A DNA stretch of 40,070 bases from Elusimicrobiota bacterium (GTDB lineage: Bacteria; Elusimicrobiota; Elusimicrobia; Elusimicrobiales; UBA9959). The stretch lies in NCBI GenBank assembly GCA_037137395.1, contig JBAXKK010000013.1, positions 1 to 40,070 of the forward strand, given 5' to 3'. Shown here in pieces: positions 1-7,886 of the stretch (the first letter of the stretch is position 1; the number at the start of each line of letters is the position of its first letter). The notes under the pieces are model-generated. The model had not been told where the DNA came from. It made no database searches and saw nothing but the letters and a program-made list of their open reading frames with translations. A program made the position numbers and the translations under genes.

Positions 1-113
1 CTTAATCCGCTGGAAGAAAGCATGACTCGCCAAAGTTTCCTTTAACTCAACAGTTGCTTGCCGCTTATCACTTACGACTTAGCACTGATTTTAATACGCT
101 TCAGGGGGTGGGG

Positions 114-788
114 ATGTCCGAAACACTAACAGTAAATCCGGTCAGAAAACAGTTTTCATTAATTTCTGGCGACGGCCTTGCAGGCCTGGCGGCAGACAGA
201 GCCGCTAACGGGGTTAAAACCATGCTGGCTGATATAATAACCTCTCACGAGGCCCGCGTTGAAAGCATCGGCTCCCTTTTTGAAAACACCTATATTGTTT
301 CCAGAGATTTCCATGAATCTCTTGCCGACACCCGGCTGGAAAGAGAGGGGATGCGCGCGCAGCTGCGCGACATCCTCACGCAAAACGAGCATTTGCGCAG
401 AAAAGACTTCGATCAGATGATGCAGGCTATCCTCTCGGTTCAGGATGGGCGGGAAAAGGAAGTAAAAAATTTATTGGATACCTACTTCAACGAGCAAAAA
501 GAGATGTCCGCGACTCTGCGGGGAAATCTGGACGGCTTCAAGGAGTCTCTGGCACAGGGCGAAGCCCAAAGAATCAGGGGATTTCAAACGCTGCTTAAAG
601 ACATCCTGGCCAAACAGGATGAGAGAAAAAACGGTGTAACTGCCAAGCTGAAGGAATTTCAGGAAGAGCAAAAAGTCGTGGCCGTGCGGCTAAAGGCGCT
701 TTTATCCAAAGGTCGGGAACTGCGCATAAGGGACCTCAAGGTAATGCTCGGCGAATTTAAAAGGAAGAGATTGCAGACAACGCTGTAA
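114..788 (+). CDS. Coiled-coil protein, GvpC-like/gas-vesicle-associated hypothetical
   Basis: Helical E/K/Q-rich ORF. ATG at 114 follows a G-rich RBS-like stretch, so it is preferred over the TTG at 54. Shares the motif GVKTMLADIITSHEAR with the ORFs at 892 and 2293. Confidence 0.6.
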   Translation: MSETLTVNPVRKQFSLISGDGLAGLAADRAANGVKTMLADIITSHEARVESIGSLFENTYIVSRDFHESLADTRLEREGMRAQLRDILTQNEHLRRKDFDQMMQAILSVQDGREKEVKNLLDTYFNEQKEMSATLRGNLDGFKESLAQGEAQRIRGFQTLLKDILAKQDERKNGVTAKLKEFQEEQKVVAVRLKALLSKGRELRIRDLKVMLGEFKRKRLQTTL

Positions 789-891
789 CCGGCCTACGGC
801 CGTGCCGTAACAAGCGCTATGCGCATCAGCCGGCCAGGCGGCACTCAGGAAGTATTCAGGCAAAATAAACAAAAAAACAGGAGGCGGAAAA

Positions 892-1647
892 ATGGGAATA
901 GCGGATGGAATGAAAAGCATCACGGAGGGCATAATCGCTTCGCATGAAGCGCGGATGAAGGGCGCGCGCGAGAGACGGAGCGAGGTGAATGAACTGGTGG
1001 ACAACGCGCAGAAAACGGTGCGCCACTTCGCTAATGAGCGCAAACACATGGGCGCGGGGCAGGCCAAGGCTCTGGCGGACTATGTGGAAACCTTAAGGAC
1101 CGATGTGACGGATTTAAAAAAAGTCACGACCGGCATGATGAAAGGTTTTCAGAAGGACCACTCGGAGATGGCCGCCGGCATCAGGGAAAAAGCCGAGGCT
1201 CTCAGGGAAACGCTGGTCCTCGGCGAAGCCGACAGAATGAAGAGCTTTAAAGGCATGATGGCTGATACGCGGGAAGTCATTAAAGGCGTTGAAAAAAGCG
1301 TCAAAGATATCAAAACTTACGTCGCCGATAAGATGTCGGAATTCAGCGGCGAGCGCGCCGAGATGAGCCAGGAGCTCCGCAAGGACTTGTCCAAATACGT
1401 GGTAGGTATCGCCAAAGACACCGCCGCCGTGTTGGGCGACGCCAGAGTAATGGTGGAGGGTTTTGCCAAAGAAAGGGTTGAAATGTCTAATGATTGGAAG
1501 AGTATGGTAAATTCCCTGGCTAAATCGGCCGGAGTAGAACCAAGGGTTAAAGCCGCCAAGGCCGTTGCGGTTGAACCGGAAGAGACGCCTGTTAAAATGA
1601 CAGGCAAAAAGAAAGGCCGGAAGAAAAAAGGAAAGAAGAACAGATGA
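892..1647 (+). CDS. GvpC-like gas vesicle outer-surface protein with internal repeats
   Basis: GGAGG RBS. Recurring F..ER..M units (FANERKHM, FQKDHSEM, FSGERAEM, FAKERVEM) recall GvpC helical repeats. Lys-rich tail. Lies upstream of gvpN, where gvpC usually sits. Confidence 0.65.
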   Translation: MGIADGMKSITEGIIASHEARMKGARERRSEVNELVDNAQKTVRHFANERKHMGAGQAKALADYVETLRTDVTDLKKVTTGMMKGFQKDHSEMAAGIREKAEALRETLVLGEADRMKSFKGMMADTREVIKGVEKSVKDIKTYVADKMSEFSGERAEMSQELRKDLSKYVVGIAKDTAAVLGDARVMVEGFAKERVEMSNDWKSMVNSLAKSAGVEPRVKAAKAVAVEPEETPVKMTGKKKGRKKKGKKNR

Positions 1648-1652
1648 CCCCT

Positions 1653-1716
1653 GCGCCTCCGACGCCATCCAAGGGGGGAACCGTATTACGGCCCCCCTTG
1701 AGATTGCGGAGGGCGC
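1653..1716 (+). terminator. Long GC-rich hairpin after the GvpC-like gene (terminator or mRNA stabiliser)
   Basis: caagggggg...ccccccttg core (1670-1700) extended by gcgcctccg/cggagggcgc. No U-tract follows. Confidence 0.45.
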
Positions 1717-1773
1717 TAGTGGTTCATAATCCCCAGGTTGATAGGCTGTGGATAAAAATTTGATCTAAAAAGC

Positions 1774-1922
1774 TGTCATCCCCATCCTCATTAGGCGGAT
1801 AAGCGGGGAGCCATTGAGAAGGTTGTCATCCCTGCGATCCGTTAGCAGTAAGTGGATCCCCGCCAAAGGCACGCAGGAATGACAGAGTTTTAAAAAAGCT
1901 ATCGGACGGTTGTGGAATGACA
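1774..1922. repeat. REP-like nested palindromic element (GTCATCCC...GGAATGAC)
   Basis: tgtcatccctgcg (1824-1836) pairs with cgcaggaatgaca (1872-1884). Outer pair is tgtcatccc (1774) and ggaatgaca (1914-1922). A related half-copy lies at about 10590. Confidence 0.55.
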
Positions 1923-1966
1923 GATAACTAACAATCTGAACGACCTATGTTGGGAGAAGTAAAAGC

Positions 1967-2296
1967 ATGAGCGAAATAATATGCGCGTTCTGTAGGGGCA
2001 AAGGCAAAGATCCCTTCAATCTGTTGTCCAGGCTGGCTGCTTGTCAGGTATGCGGCGGCACGGGGCATATCAAGATTGATAAGCCGGTAATCGAATGCGC
2101 CTTTTGTAACGGTAACGGCGCTCATCCTCATAGCCGCATTACCTGCTCCGCCTGTAACGGACAGGGCTGTGTCACCTGGCGGGGGTCTAAAGAGAAATGC
2201 CCCAATTGCGAGGGCGCAGGTTTCAAAGGAACCGGAAACCTCCCCTGCAGCGTCTGCGGCGGTATAGGAGTTATTCATAAAGGTGTGCTGATATGA
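1967..2296 (+). CDS. Stand-alone DnaJ-type cysteine-rich zinc-finger protein
   Basis: Six CxxCxGxG repeats: CAFCRGKG, CQVCGGTG, CAFCNGNG, CSACNGQG, CPNCEGAG, CSVCGGIG. No J-domain. Confidence 0.85.
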   Translation: MSEIICAFCRGKGKDPFNLLSRLAACQVCGGTGHIKIDKPVIECAFCNGNGAHPHSRITCSACNGQGCVTWRGSKEKCPNCEGAGFKGTGNLPCSVCGGIGVIHKGVLI

Positions 2297-2520
2297 CGGA
2301 CAATATATCGGGTGGCATGAAGTCTCTTTGCGAAAATATCATTGCAACTCATGAAGCCAGAAAGAGAAAGATGAAAGACTTAAAAGAGCATAGAAAGGAA
2401 TTAATCGGGAAGGTTGCTTCTTTAAGAGAAAATTTCAAAAAAAGAGCGAAAGAGACCCGCGCCGATTTAGCCGAGGCCGCCGGCATCTGGCATAAGATGA
2501 AGAAGACTTTGGGCCGTTAA
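2293..2520 (+). CDS. Short basic coiled-coil protein, paralog of the N-terminus of ORF 892
   Basis: ATGA overlap with the upstream gene. GGMKSLCENIIATHEAR matches DGMKSITEGIIASHEAR. Confidence 0.7.
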   Translation: MTDNISGGMKSLCENIIATHEARKRKMKDLKEHRKELIGKVASLRENFKKRAKETRADLAEAAGIWHKMKKTLGR

Positions 2521-2585
2521 ATGACCATAGGTCCTGATACGGCACAACCATAGGTTAGAAACCGGGGAAAAAGAGGTGAGCTGAA

Positions 2586-3500
2586 ATGACTAATGAGATG
2601 ACTACAGTATTGGAGCCGAGTCCTCAGTCGGATTTTGTGGAGACGAAGCAGATCAAGGACATCTCCCAGAGAGCGATTTCATATATAAAAGCGGGCTTCC
2701 CCGTCCATTTTAGGGGGATTTCCGGCAGCGGCAAGACCACCTTGGCCATGCACATCGCCGGCAAACTGGGAAGACCGGTGGTCATGGTCCATGGCGACGA
2801 GGAATTCACCACCTCCGATCTTGTCGGAGGCGAATACGGGTACAGGATCAAAAAAGTGGTGGATCGCTTTGTCTCCAGAGTCTTAAAGACGGAAGAAGAC
2901 ATGGTCAAGCGCTGGGTTGACAATCGCCTGACCGTCGCCTGCAAATACGGGTTCACGCTGATCTACGACGAGTTTACGCGTTCCCGGCCGGAAGCCAATA
3001 ATATTCTCCTTTCAATTTTGCAGGAAAAGATGATGGACCTGCCGGTGGGCAGGGGCGGAGAAGAACCGTATCTGAAGGTGGACCCAAACTTTACGGCGCT
3101 CTTTACTTCAAATCCTGAGGAGTACGCGGGCGTCCACCGCAGCCAGGACGCCTTGCGCGACAGGATGATCACCATGGACCTGGATTATTTTGACTATGAG
3201 ACGGAGGTAGCCATAACCCAGGCCAAATCCAAGCTCTCCAAAAAAAATGCCGAAACCATAGTCAATATCGTGCGCGGCTTACGGGAATCAGGAAAGTGCG
3301 AGTTCGCGCCGACGGTTCGCGGGTGCATAATGATCGCCAAAACGCTTAAAATCCAGAATCTCACACCGGCCCGGGCTAATGGCGGGTTTTCCCAGATGTG
3401 CCAGGATATCCTGGGCTCGGAAACCAGCCGCGTGGGCTCCAAGACCAATCAGGGAAGGGTTAGAGACATTGTGAAGGAATTGGTCGCGAAGCACAGCTAG
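2586..3500 (+). CDS. gvpN: Gas vesicle AAA+ ATPase GvpN
   Basis: Walker A GISGSGKT, Walker B IYDEF, plus GvpN-typical WVDNRLTVAC, EFTRSRPEANN and TSNPEEYAGVH..QDAL.DR. Confidence 0.95.
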   Translation: MTNEMTTVLEPSPQSDFVETKQIKDISQRAISYIKAGFPVHFRGISGSGKTTLAMHIAGKLGRPVVMVHGDEEFTTSDLVGGEYGYRIKKVVDRFVSRVLKTEEDMVKRWVDNRLTVACKYGFTLIYDEFTRSRPEANNILLSILQEKMMDLPVGRGGEEPYLKVDPNFTALFTSNPEEYAGVHRSQDALRDRMITMDLDYFDYETEVAITQAKSKLSKKNAETIVNIVRGLRESGKCEFAPTVRGCIMIAKTLKIQNLTPARANGGFSQMCQDILGSETSRVGSKTNQGRVRDIVKELVAKHS

Positions 3501-3511
3501 TCTTAGGTGGA

Positions 3512-3615
3512 TAGGCTGTAGGCAGTTAGACTGTTAGGTAAGAAGCAGTGACACTGGCCTGTCGCGGGCCACTGGCGCTGTCCGCGACTGAAACACAGCC
3601 TACAGCCTAAACAGC
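3512..3615. repeat. (T)TAGGCTG short tandem units with an inverted counterpart
   Basis: taggctgtaggcagttagactgttagg (3512-3538) and the reverse-complement acagcctacagcctaaacagc (3595-3615). Confidence 0.7.
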
Positions 3616-3658
3616 TCGAGTAATTACTAAAACTATCAGCGGCCTGCGGAGGCGGAAA

Positions 3659-3835
3659 ATGCTTATACGGGTATATTCAAAAATGGACGCTAAAAATAAA
3701 ATCGCGCTTCCCCGCGGTATTCGCAGGGAACTTGATATCCGGCCTGGAGAAAAGCTGGAATTACAGGTAAAAGGGATGAAAAACGCGAAAAAGCTGGTTA
3801 TCGCTAAACAAAACAGCCGGAGGCGCATACCATGA
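3659..3835 (+). CDS. AbrB/MazE/SpoVT-family DNA-binding protein (58 aa, absent from the ORF track)
   Basis: MLIRVYSKMDAKNKIALPRGIRRELDIRPGEKLELQVKG... fits the swapped-hairpin pattern KxDxKxxIxLPxxIRxxLxIxPGxxL. GGAGG RBS. Its TGA overlaps the next ATG (ATGA). Confidence 0.8.
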   Translation: MLIRVYSKMDAKNKIALPRGIRRELDIRPGEKLELQVKGMKNAKKLVIAKQNSRRRIP

Positions 3836-4146
3836 CATCAAAACGACCGATATCCAGCCTGCGGGAAATAAAAAGCATACATTCCGCCGGCATACGCGGC
3901 ATCCCTAAGGTGCACAGATCCGGCTATCTGGACTTGTACACACTGGGAAGAGAAAAAGACCGGCTGGAGAACGAAATAGCCAGCCTGGATAAACGAAGAA
4001 CCGCCGCCGCGAACCAATTGGTTGTTGTGGTAAAGCGCGTCATTCAACTCCAGAAGGAAACGAGCGCGGAACCCGCGAAAAACAAAAAAAACGCGTACGG
4101 CACTCCACACGCAAAATCCTTAAAAACAATGAGCATGAAATATTAA
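3832..4146 (+). CDS. gvpV: Gas vesicle protein GvpV-like
   Basis: YLDLYTLGREKDRLENEIASLDKRR coiled-coil motif typical of GvpV, located shortly downstream of gvpN. Confidence 0.65.
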   Translation: MTSKRPISSLREIKSIHSAGIRGIPKVHRSGYLDLYTLGREKDRLENEIASLDKRRTAAANQLVVVVKRVIQLQKETSAEPAKNKKNAYGTPHAKSLKTMSMKY

Positions 4147-4204
4147 ATCCCGGATCGCCGTGATTTCTTAAGGAAAATCAGAATAAATTAAGGAGAAATA
4201 GTAT

Positions 4205-4744
4205 ATGATCAGGAAAAAAGAAACTAAAAAAGATGAAAATATGGACATTGATTTTGGGATGGGAAAATTGAGCCTTGGCGGCTTGTTCGCGGGCATCGGG
4301 AAATTGGCCGAGCTGGCCGAAAAAATGAATGAGGCCGGCGGCGAAATCAAAAAAGAAGGCGAAATAGACCTCAGCCATCTCAAGAAAGGGATGAAGGGGG
4401 TTTTCGGGTTTTCCGTAAAGAACATGGCCGGTGGCAAGCCGGTCGTAGAACCCTTCGGCAACATAAAAAAGACGCCGCAGGGTCCTAGGGTTGAAGAAGA
4501 ACGCGAACCCATCACGGACGTATTCGACGAGAAAGAAGAGCTCCGTGTGTACGCTGAAATGCCCGGGGTGAACGAAGCGGACATTAAGCTGGATTTAAAG
4601 GGCGACATACTGGATATCCGGGCCGTGACCGGGGACAGGAAATACCACAAAGAAGTCCTGCTCACCTCCAAAGTGACGGCGGAGGCCCCCGTCCCGTCCT
4701 ATAAAAACGGCGTTCTGGAAGTGAAACTCAAAAAATGCCCCTGA
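4205..4744 (+). CDS. Hsp20/alpha-crystallin family protein (GvpH-like)
   Basis: REPITDVFDE..ELRVYAEMPGV...YKNGVLEVKLKK alpha-crystallin domain. AGGAG RBS. Confidence 0.88.
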   Translation: MIRKKETKKDENMDIDFGMGKLSLGGLFAGIGKLAELAEKMNEAGGEIKKEGEIDLSHLKKGMKGVFGFSVKNMAGGKPVVEPFGNIKKTPQGPRVEEEREPITDVFDEKEELRVYAEMPGVNEADIKLDLKGDILDIRAVTGDRKYHKEVLLTSKVTAEAPVPSYKNGVLEVKLKKCP

Positions 4745-5718
4745 TCGGACTTAACGAAAGCGCGTTAAAGCTTATTTTATTCGGTGGTAAGGGCGGCGTG
4801 GGCAAAACGACCTGCGCCGCCAGCGCCGGCGTTTTTCTGGCCAGGGATTTTAAGACGCTGCTTGTGTCAACGGATCCGGCGCATTCCGTTTCGGACAGTC
4901 TGGGGCAACAGATCGGGGACGCCGTAACGGGCGTTAAAAATATAAAAAATTTGAGCGCGCTTGAGATAGACGCTGAAAAAGCCCTTCGGGGATTTAAGAC
5001 GGAATACGAGAAGGAGATTAAAAAAATACTGGACACCTCCACCAATTTAGACCAGGAAGACATTGAATCCGTGTTCTCCATGTCCATCCCCGGACTGGAC
5101 GAAGTTATGGGCTTTAAAACCATAATGAATCTCATGGATAAAGGGGAATACGACAAATATATAATCGACACCGCGCCGACCGGCCACGCCCTGCGGCTTT
5201 TGACCATGCCCAAACTTCTGGATGATTGGGTTAAGATGCTGGCCAAGCTCAGGTGGAAATATCGCTACATGGTTAAAACTTTCAGCGGCAAAAGCCCCTC
5301 CGATGAAGCCGATGATTTTTTGCTGAATATGAAAAAGACCGTTAAAAAAATAGAAGAACTCCTTAGGGATCCTGACCGCTGCGAGTTTATCGCCGTGACT
5401 ATCCCTGAAGAGATGGCTATCCTTGAAACCTCGAGATTAATCGGCAGCTTGGGCGAATACGGCGTGAAAGTGAAGCAACTGGTCGTCAACAATGTGGCGA
5501 TGGTGAGCGATTGCGAGTTTTGCCGGGAGCGGAGAAAAGAGCAGGAAAAATATATAAGCCAGATAAAGAAAAAATTCGCCAATCTCCATACGACCATCAT
5601 GTATCAGCAGCCCCGGGAGGTCAAAGGAGCGGACGCTTTAAGCGTTTTCACCCGGCAGCTGGCGCAGGGCGACCGGGTAGAGGTGGCGGACAGGCCAAGG
5701 ATTACAACTTATGATTAA
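4735..5718 (+). CDS. ArsA/Get3(TRC40)-family ATPase
   Basis: GGKGGVGKTT deviant Walker A, STDPAHS, PGLDE, DTAPTGHALRLL and a C-terminal CEFC CxxC motif. Confidence 0.92.
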   Translation: MPLIGLNESALKLILFGGKGGVGKTTCAASAGVFLARDFKTLLVSTDPAHSVSDSLGQQIGDAVTGVKNIKNLSALEIDAEKALRGFKTEYEKEIKKILDTSTNLDQEDIESVFSMSIPGLDEVMGFKTIMNLMDKGEYDKYIIDTAPTGHALRLLTMPKLLDDWVKMLAKLRWKYRYMVKTFSGKSPSDEADDFLLNMKKTVKKIEELLRDPDRCEFIAVTIPEEMAILETSRLIGSLGEYGVKVKQLVVNNVAMVSDCEFCRERRKEQEKYISQIKKKFANLHTTIMYQQPREVKGADALSVFTRQLAQGDRVEVADRPRITTYD

Positions 5719-7873
5719 AAACACCGAACAACTGACCTTAAAAGTAAAAGAAGCCCAGCCGAAAGACGTGGGCAGGGCTATTGTGCGCATCGACCCGGAA
5801 GATATGAAGAAGCTCGGCGCGGACGTAGGCGACATCCTTGAGGTTGAAGGCAAAAGGAAAACTCCGGCCAAGGTGATGCCCTGTTACGCCGAAGAGCGCG
5901 GCAAGGGAATAATCCAGATGGACGGAATAGGCCGCGAAAACGCGCAGATCGGGCTGGGTGAAAAAGTGAAGATCCGCAAAATTGTTCCCAAGCCCGCCGG
6001 CAGAATTTCCCTCACGCCTTTATCGCTTTCAAGCCTTCCGCAAAGTTCCGACACCAAATATCTGGGTTCTCTCATAGAGGGTCTCCCGGTCACCAGCGGC
6101 GACAGGGTTAGGGCCACGTTGTTCGGTTCGCGGTCCTGCGATTTTAAGGTGTCTGCCACCGTTCCCGACGGTACGGTCGTTATCAATCCGGAGACTTCAA
6201 TAAGAGTGGAAACGACAAAAAAACCGGAGGAAGGCGGCTCAACCAAGATATCCTACGAGGACATCGGCGGGCTCGGCTCGCAGATACGGAGGATCCGGGA
6301 GATGATAGAACTGCCTTTGCGCTATCCCCAGATCTTTGAGAGGCTGGGCATAGACGCGCCCAAAGGCGTTCTTCTCTACGGCCCTCCCGGAACCGGAAAA
6401 ACTCTGATCGCGCGCGCCGTGGCCAACGAAACCGACGCTTATTTTAACCATATCTCCGGGCCCGAGATCATGGGCAAATTCTACGGCGAGAGTGAAGGGC
6501 GCTTGAGAAGCGTATTCGAAGAGGCGAAGGCTCACGCCCCCGCAATTATTTTTATTGACGAGATAGACGCCATCGCGCCCAAGCGCGAGGATATGGGCGG
6601 AGAAAAACAGGTGGAGCGGCGCGTGGTGGCGCAGCTTCTGGCGCTCCTGGACGGGCTGGAATCACGGGGCCAGGTAATAGTGATAGGTGCCACCAATATC
6701 CCCAACACCCTGGACCCGGCGCTCAGACGGCCGGGACGGTTCGACCGGGAGATCTCCGTGCCCATCCCGGATAAAAACGGAAGATTGCAGATACTGCAGA
6801 TCCATACCCGCGGCATGCCGCTGGCTAAAGACGTGAGCATGGAAAAATTAGCGGAGATCACTCACGGCTTTGTGGGCGCGGATCTGGAAGCCCTGGGCCG
6901 GGAAGCCGCGATGTCGGCTTTAAGGCAGGTCCTGCCGGATCTCGATCTCGCGTTGGCTGACATCCCGCACGAAACCCTGATGAAGCTTGAAGTTACCATG
7001 GATAATTTCTGGGACGCCATGAAAGAGGTGGAACCTTCGGCCATAAGGGAATTCTTCGTTGAAGTCCCCGATGTAAAATGGGAGGACGTGGGTGGACTGG
7101 AAAAAATAAAGGAAGAGCTGAAAGAGGCGGTTGAATGGCCGCTCAAGTATTCTGCTGTGTTTAAAAAAGCGGGAGCCAAGCCGCCCAAAGGGATCCTTCT
7201 TTACGGTGAGCCGGGCACGGGCAAGACCCTGCTGGCTAAAGCCGTGGCCAGTCAGACCGGCGTTAACTTTATCTCGGTGAAAGGCCCCAGCCTTATTTCA
7301 AAATTCGTCGGGGAAAGCGAGAAGGGCATCCGCGAGGTGTTTAAAACCGCGAAGCAGGCCTCGCCCACCATCCTGTTCTTTGACGAGATCGACGCGCTGG
7401 TCCCCAAGAGAGGCTCGGCCAGCACGGACGCGCATGTGACTGAACGCGTCATCAGCCAGTTCCTGGCCGAGATGGACGGGGTTGAAGAGCTTAAAGGAGT
7501 GCTTGTTCTGGCGGCCACCAACAGGGTTGACCTGATCGAACCGGCCGTCCTGCGCAGCGGCAGATTCGACCTGCTGCTGCCTCTGCCGAAACCGGATCCC
7601 GCGACCCGGGAGGCGATATTTAAAATACATACCCGCAATAAGCCGCTCGCCCATGAGGTGGATCTGAAAGACCTGGCGAAAGTGACCGAAGGCAGGACCG
7701 GCTCCGACATCGAGTTGATCTGCCGCAAAGCCGTAATGCTGGCGATAAGGGAATACATAGAAAAGAATCCCGGCGCGGACATGACGGGCGCTTCCGAACT
7801 GAAACCGGAGCTGAAAATCCTGAAGAGACATTTTGAAGAGGCAATCAAGCCGTTCCTTGAAAAAAAGAGTTAA
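5711..7873 (+). CDS. CDC48/VCP/p97-family AAA+ ATPase
   Basis: N-domain (DVGRAIVRID) followed by two AAA modules: GPPGTGKT/FIDEID/RRPGRFDRE and GEPGTGKT/FFDEID/RSGRFD. Confidence 0.95.
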   Translation: MIKNTEQLTLKVKEAQPKDVGRAIVRIDPEDMKKLGADVGDILEVEGKRKTPAKVMPCYAEERGKGIIQMDGIGRENAQIGLGEKVKIRKIVPKPAGRISLTPLSLSSLPQSSDTKYLGSLIEGLPVTSGDRVRATLFGSRSCDFKVSATVPDGTVVINPETSIRVETTKKPEEGGSTKISYEDIGGLGSQIRRIREMIELPLRYPQIFERLGIDAPKGVLLYGPPGTGKTLIARAVANETDAYFNHISGPEIMGKFYGESEGRLRSVFEEAKAHAPAIIFIDEIDAIAPKREDMGGEKQVERRVVAQLLALLDGLESRGQVIVIGATNIPNTLDPALRRPGRFDREISVPIPDKNGRLQILQIHTRGMPLAKDVSMEKLAEITHGFVGADLEALGREAAMSALRQVLPDLDLALADIPHETLMKLEVTMDNFWDAMKEVEPSAIREFFVEVPDVKWEDVGGLEKIKEELKEAVEWPLKYSAVFKKAGAKPPKGILLYGEPGTGKTLLAKAVASQTGVNFISVKGPSLISKFVGESEKGIREVFKTAKQASPTILFFDEIDALVPKRGSASTDAHVTERVISQFLAEMDGVEELKGVLVLAATNRVDLIEPAVLRSGRFDLLLPLPKPDPATREAIFKIHTRNKPLAHEVDLKDLAKVTEGRTGSDIELICRKAVMLAIREYIEKNPGADMTGASELKPELKILKRHFEEAIKPFLEKKS

Positions 7874-7886
7874 AAAGGAGATGACT

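Noticed and set aside
54..113. TTG start for the first ORF
   Set aside because: No RBS precedes it. ATG 114 follows a G-rich SD-like stretch and is more plausible.
4735..5718. Arsenic resistance operon
   Set aside because: Only an ArsA-family ATPase is present, with no arsenite transporter, reductase or ArsR. The context is gas vesicle genes.
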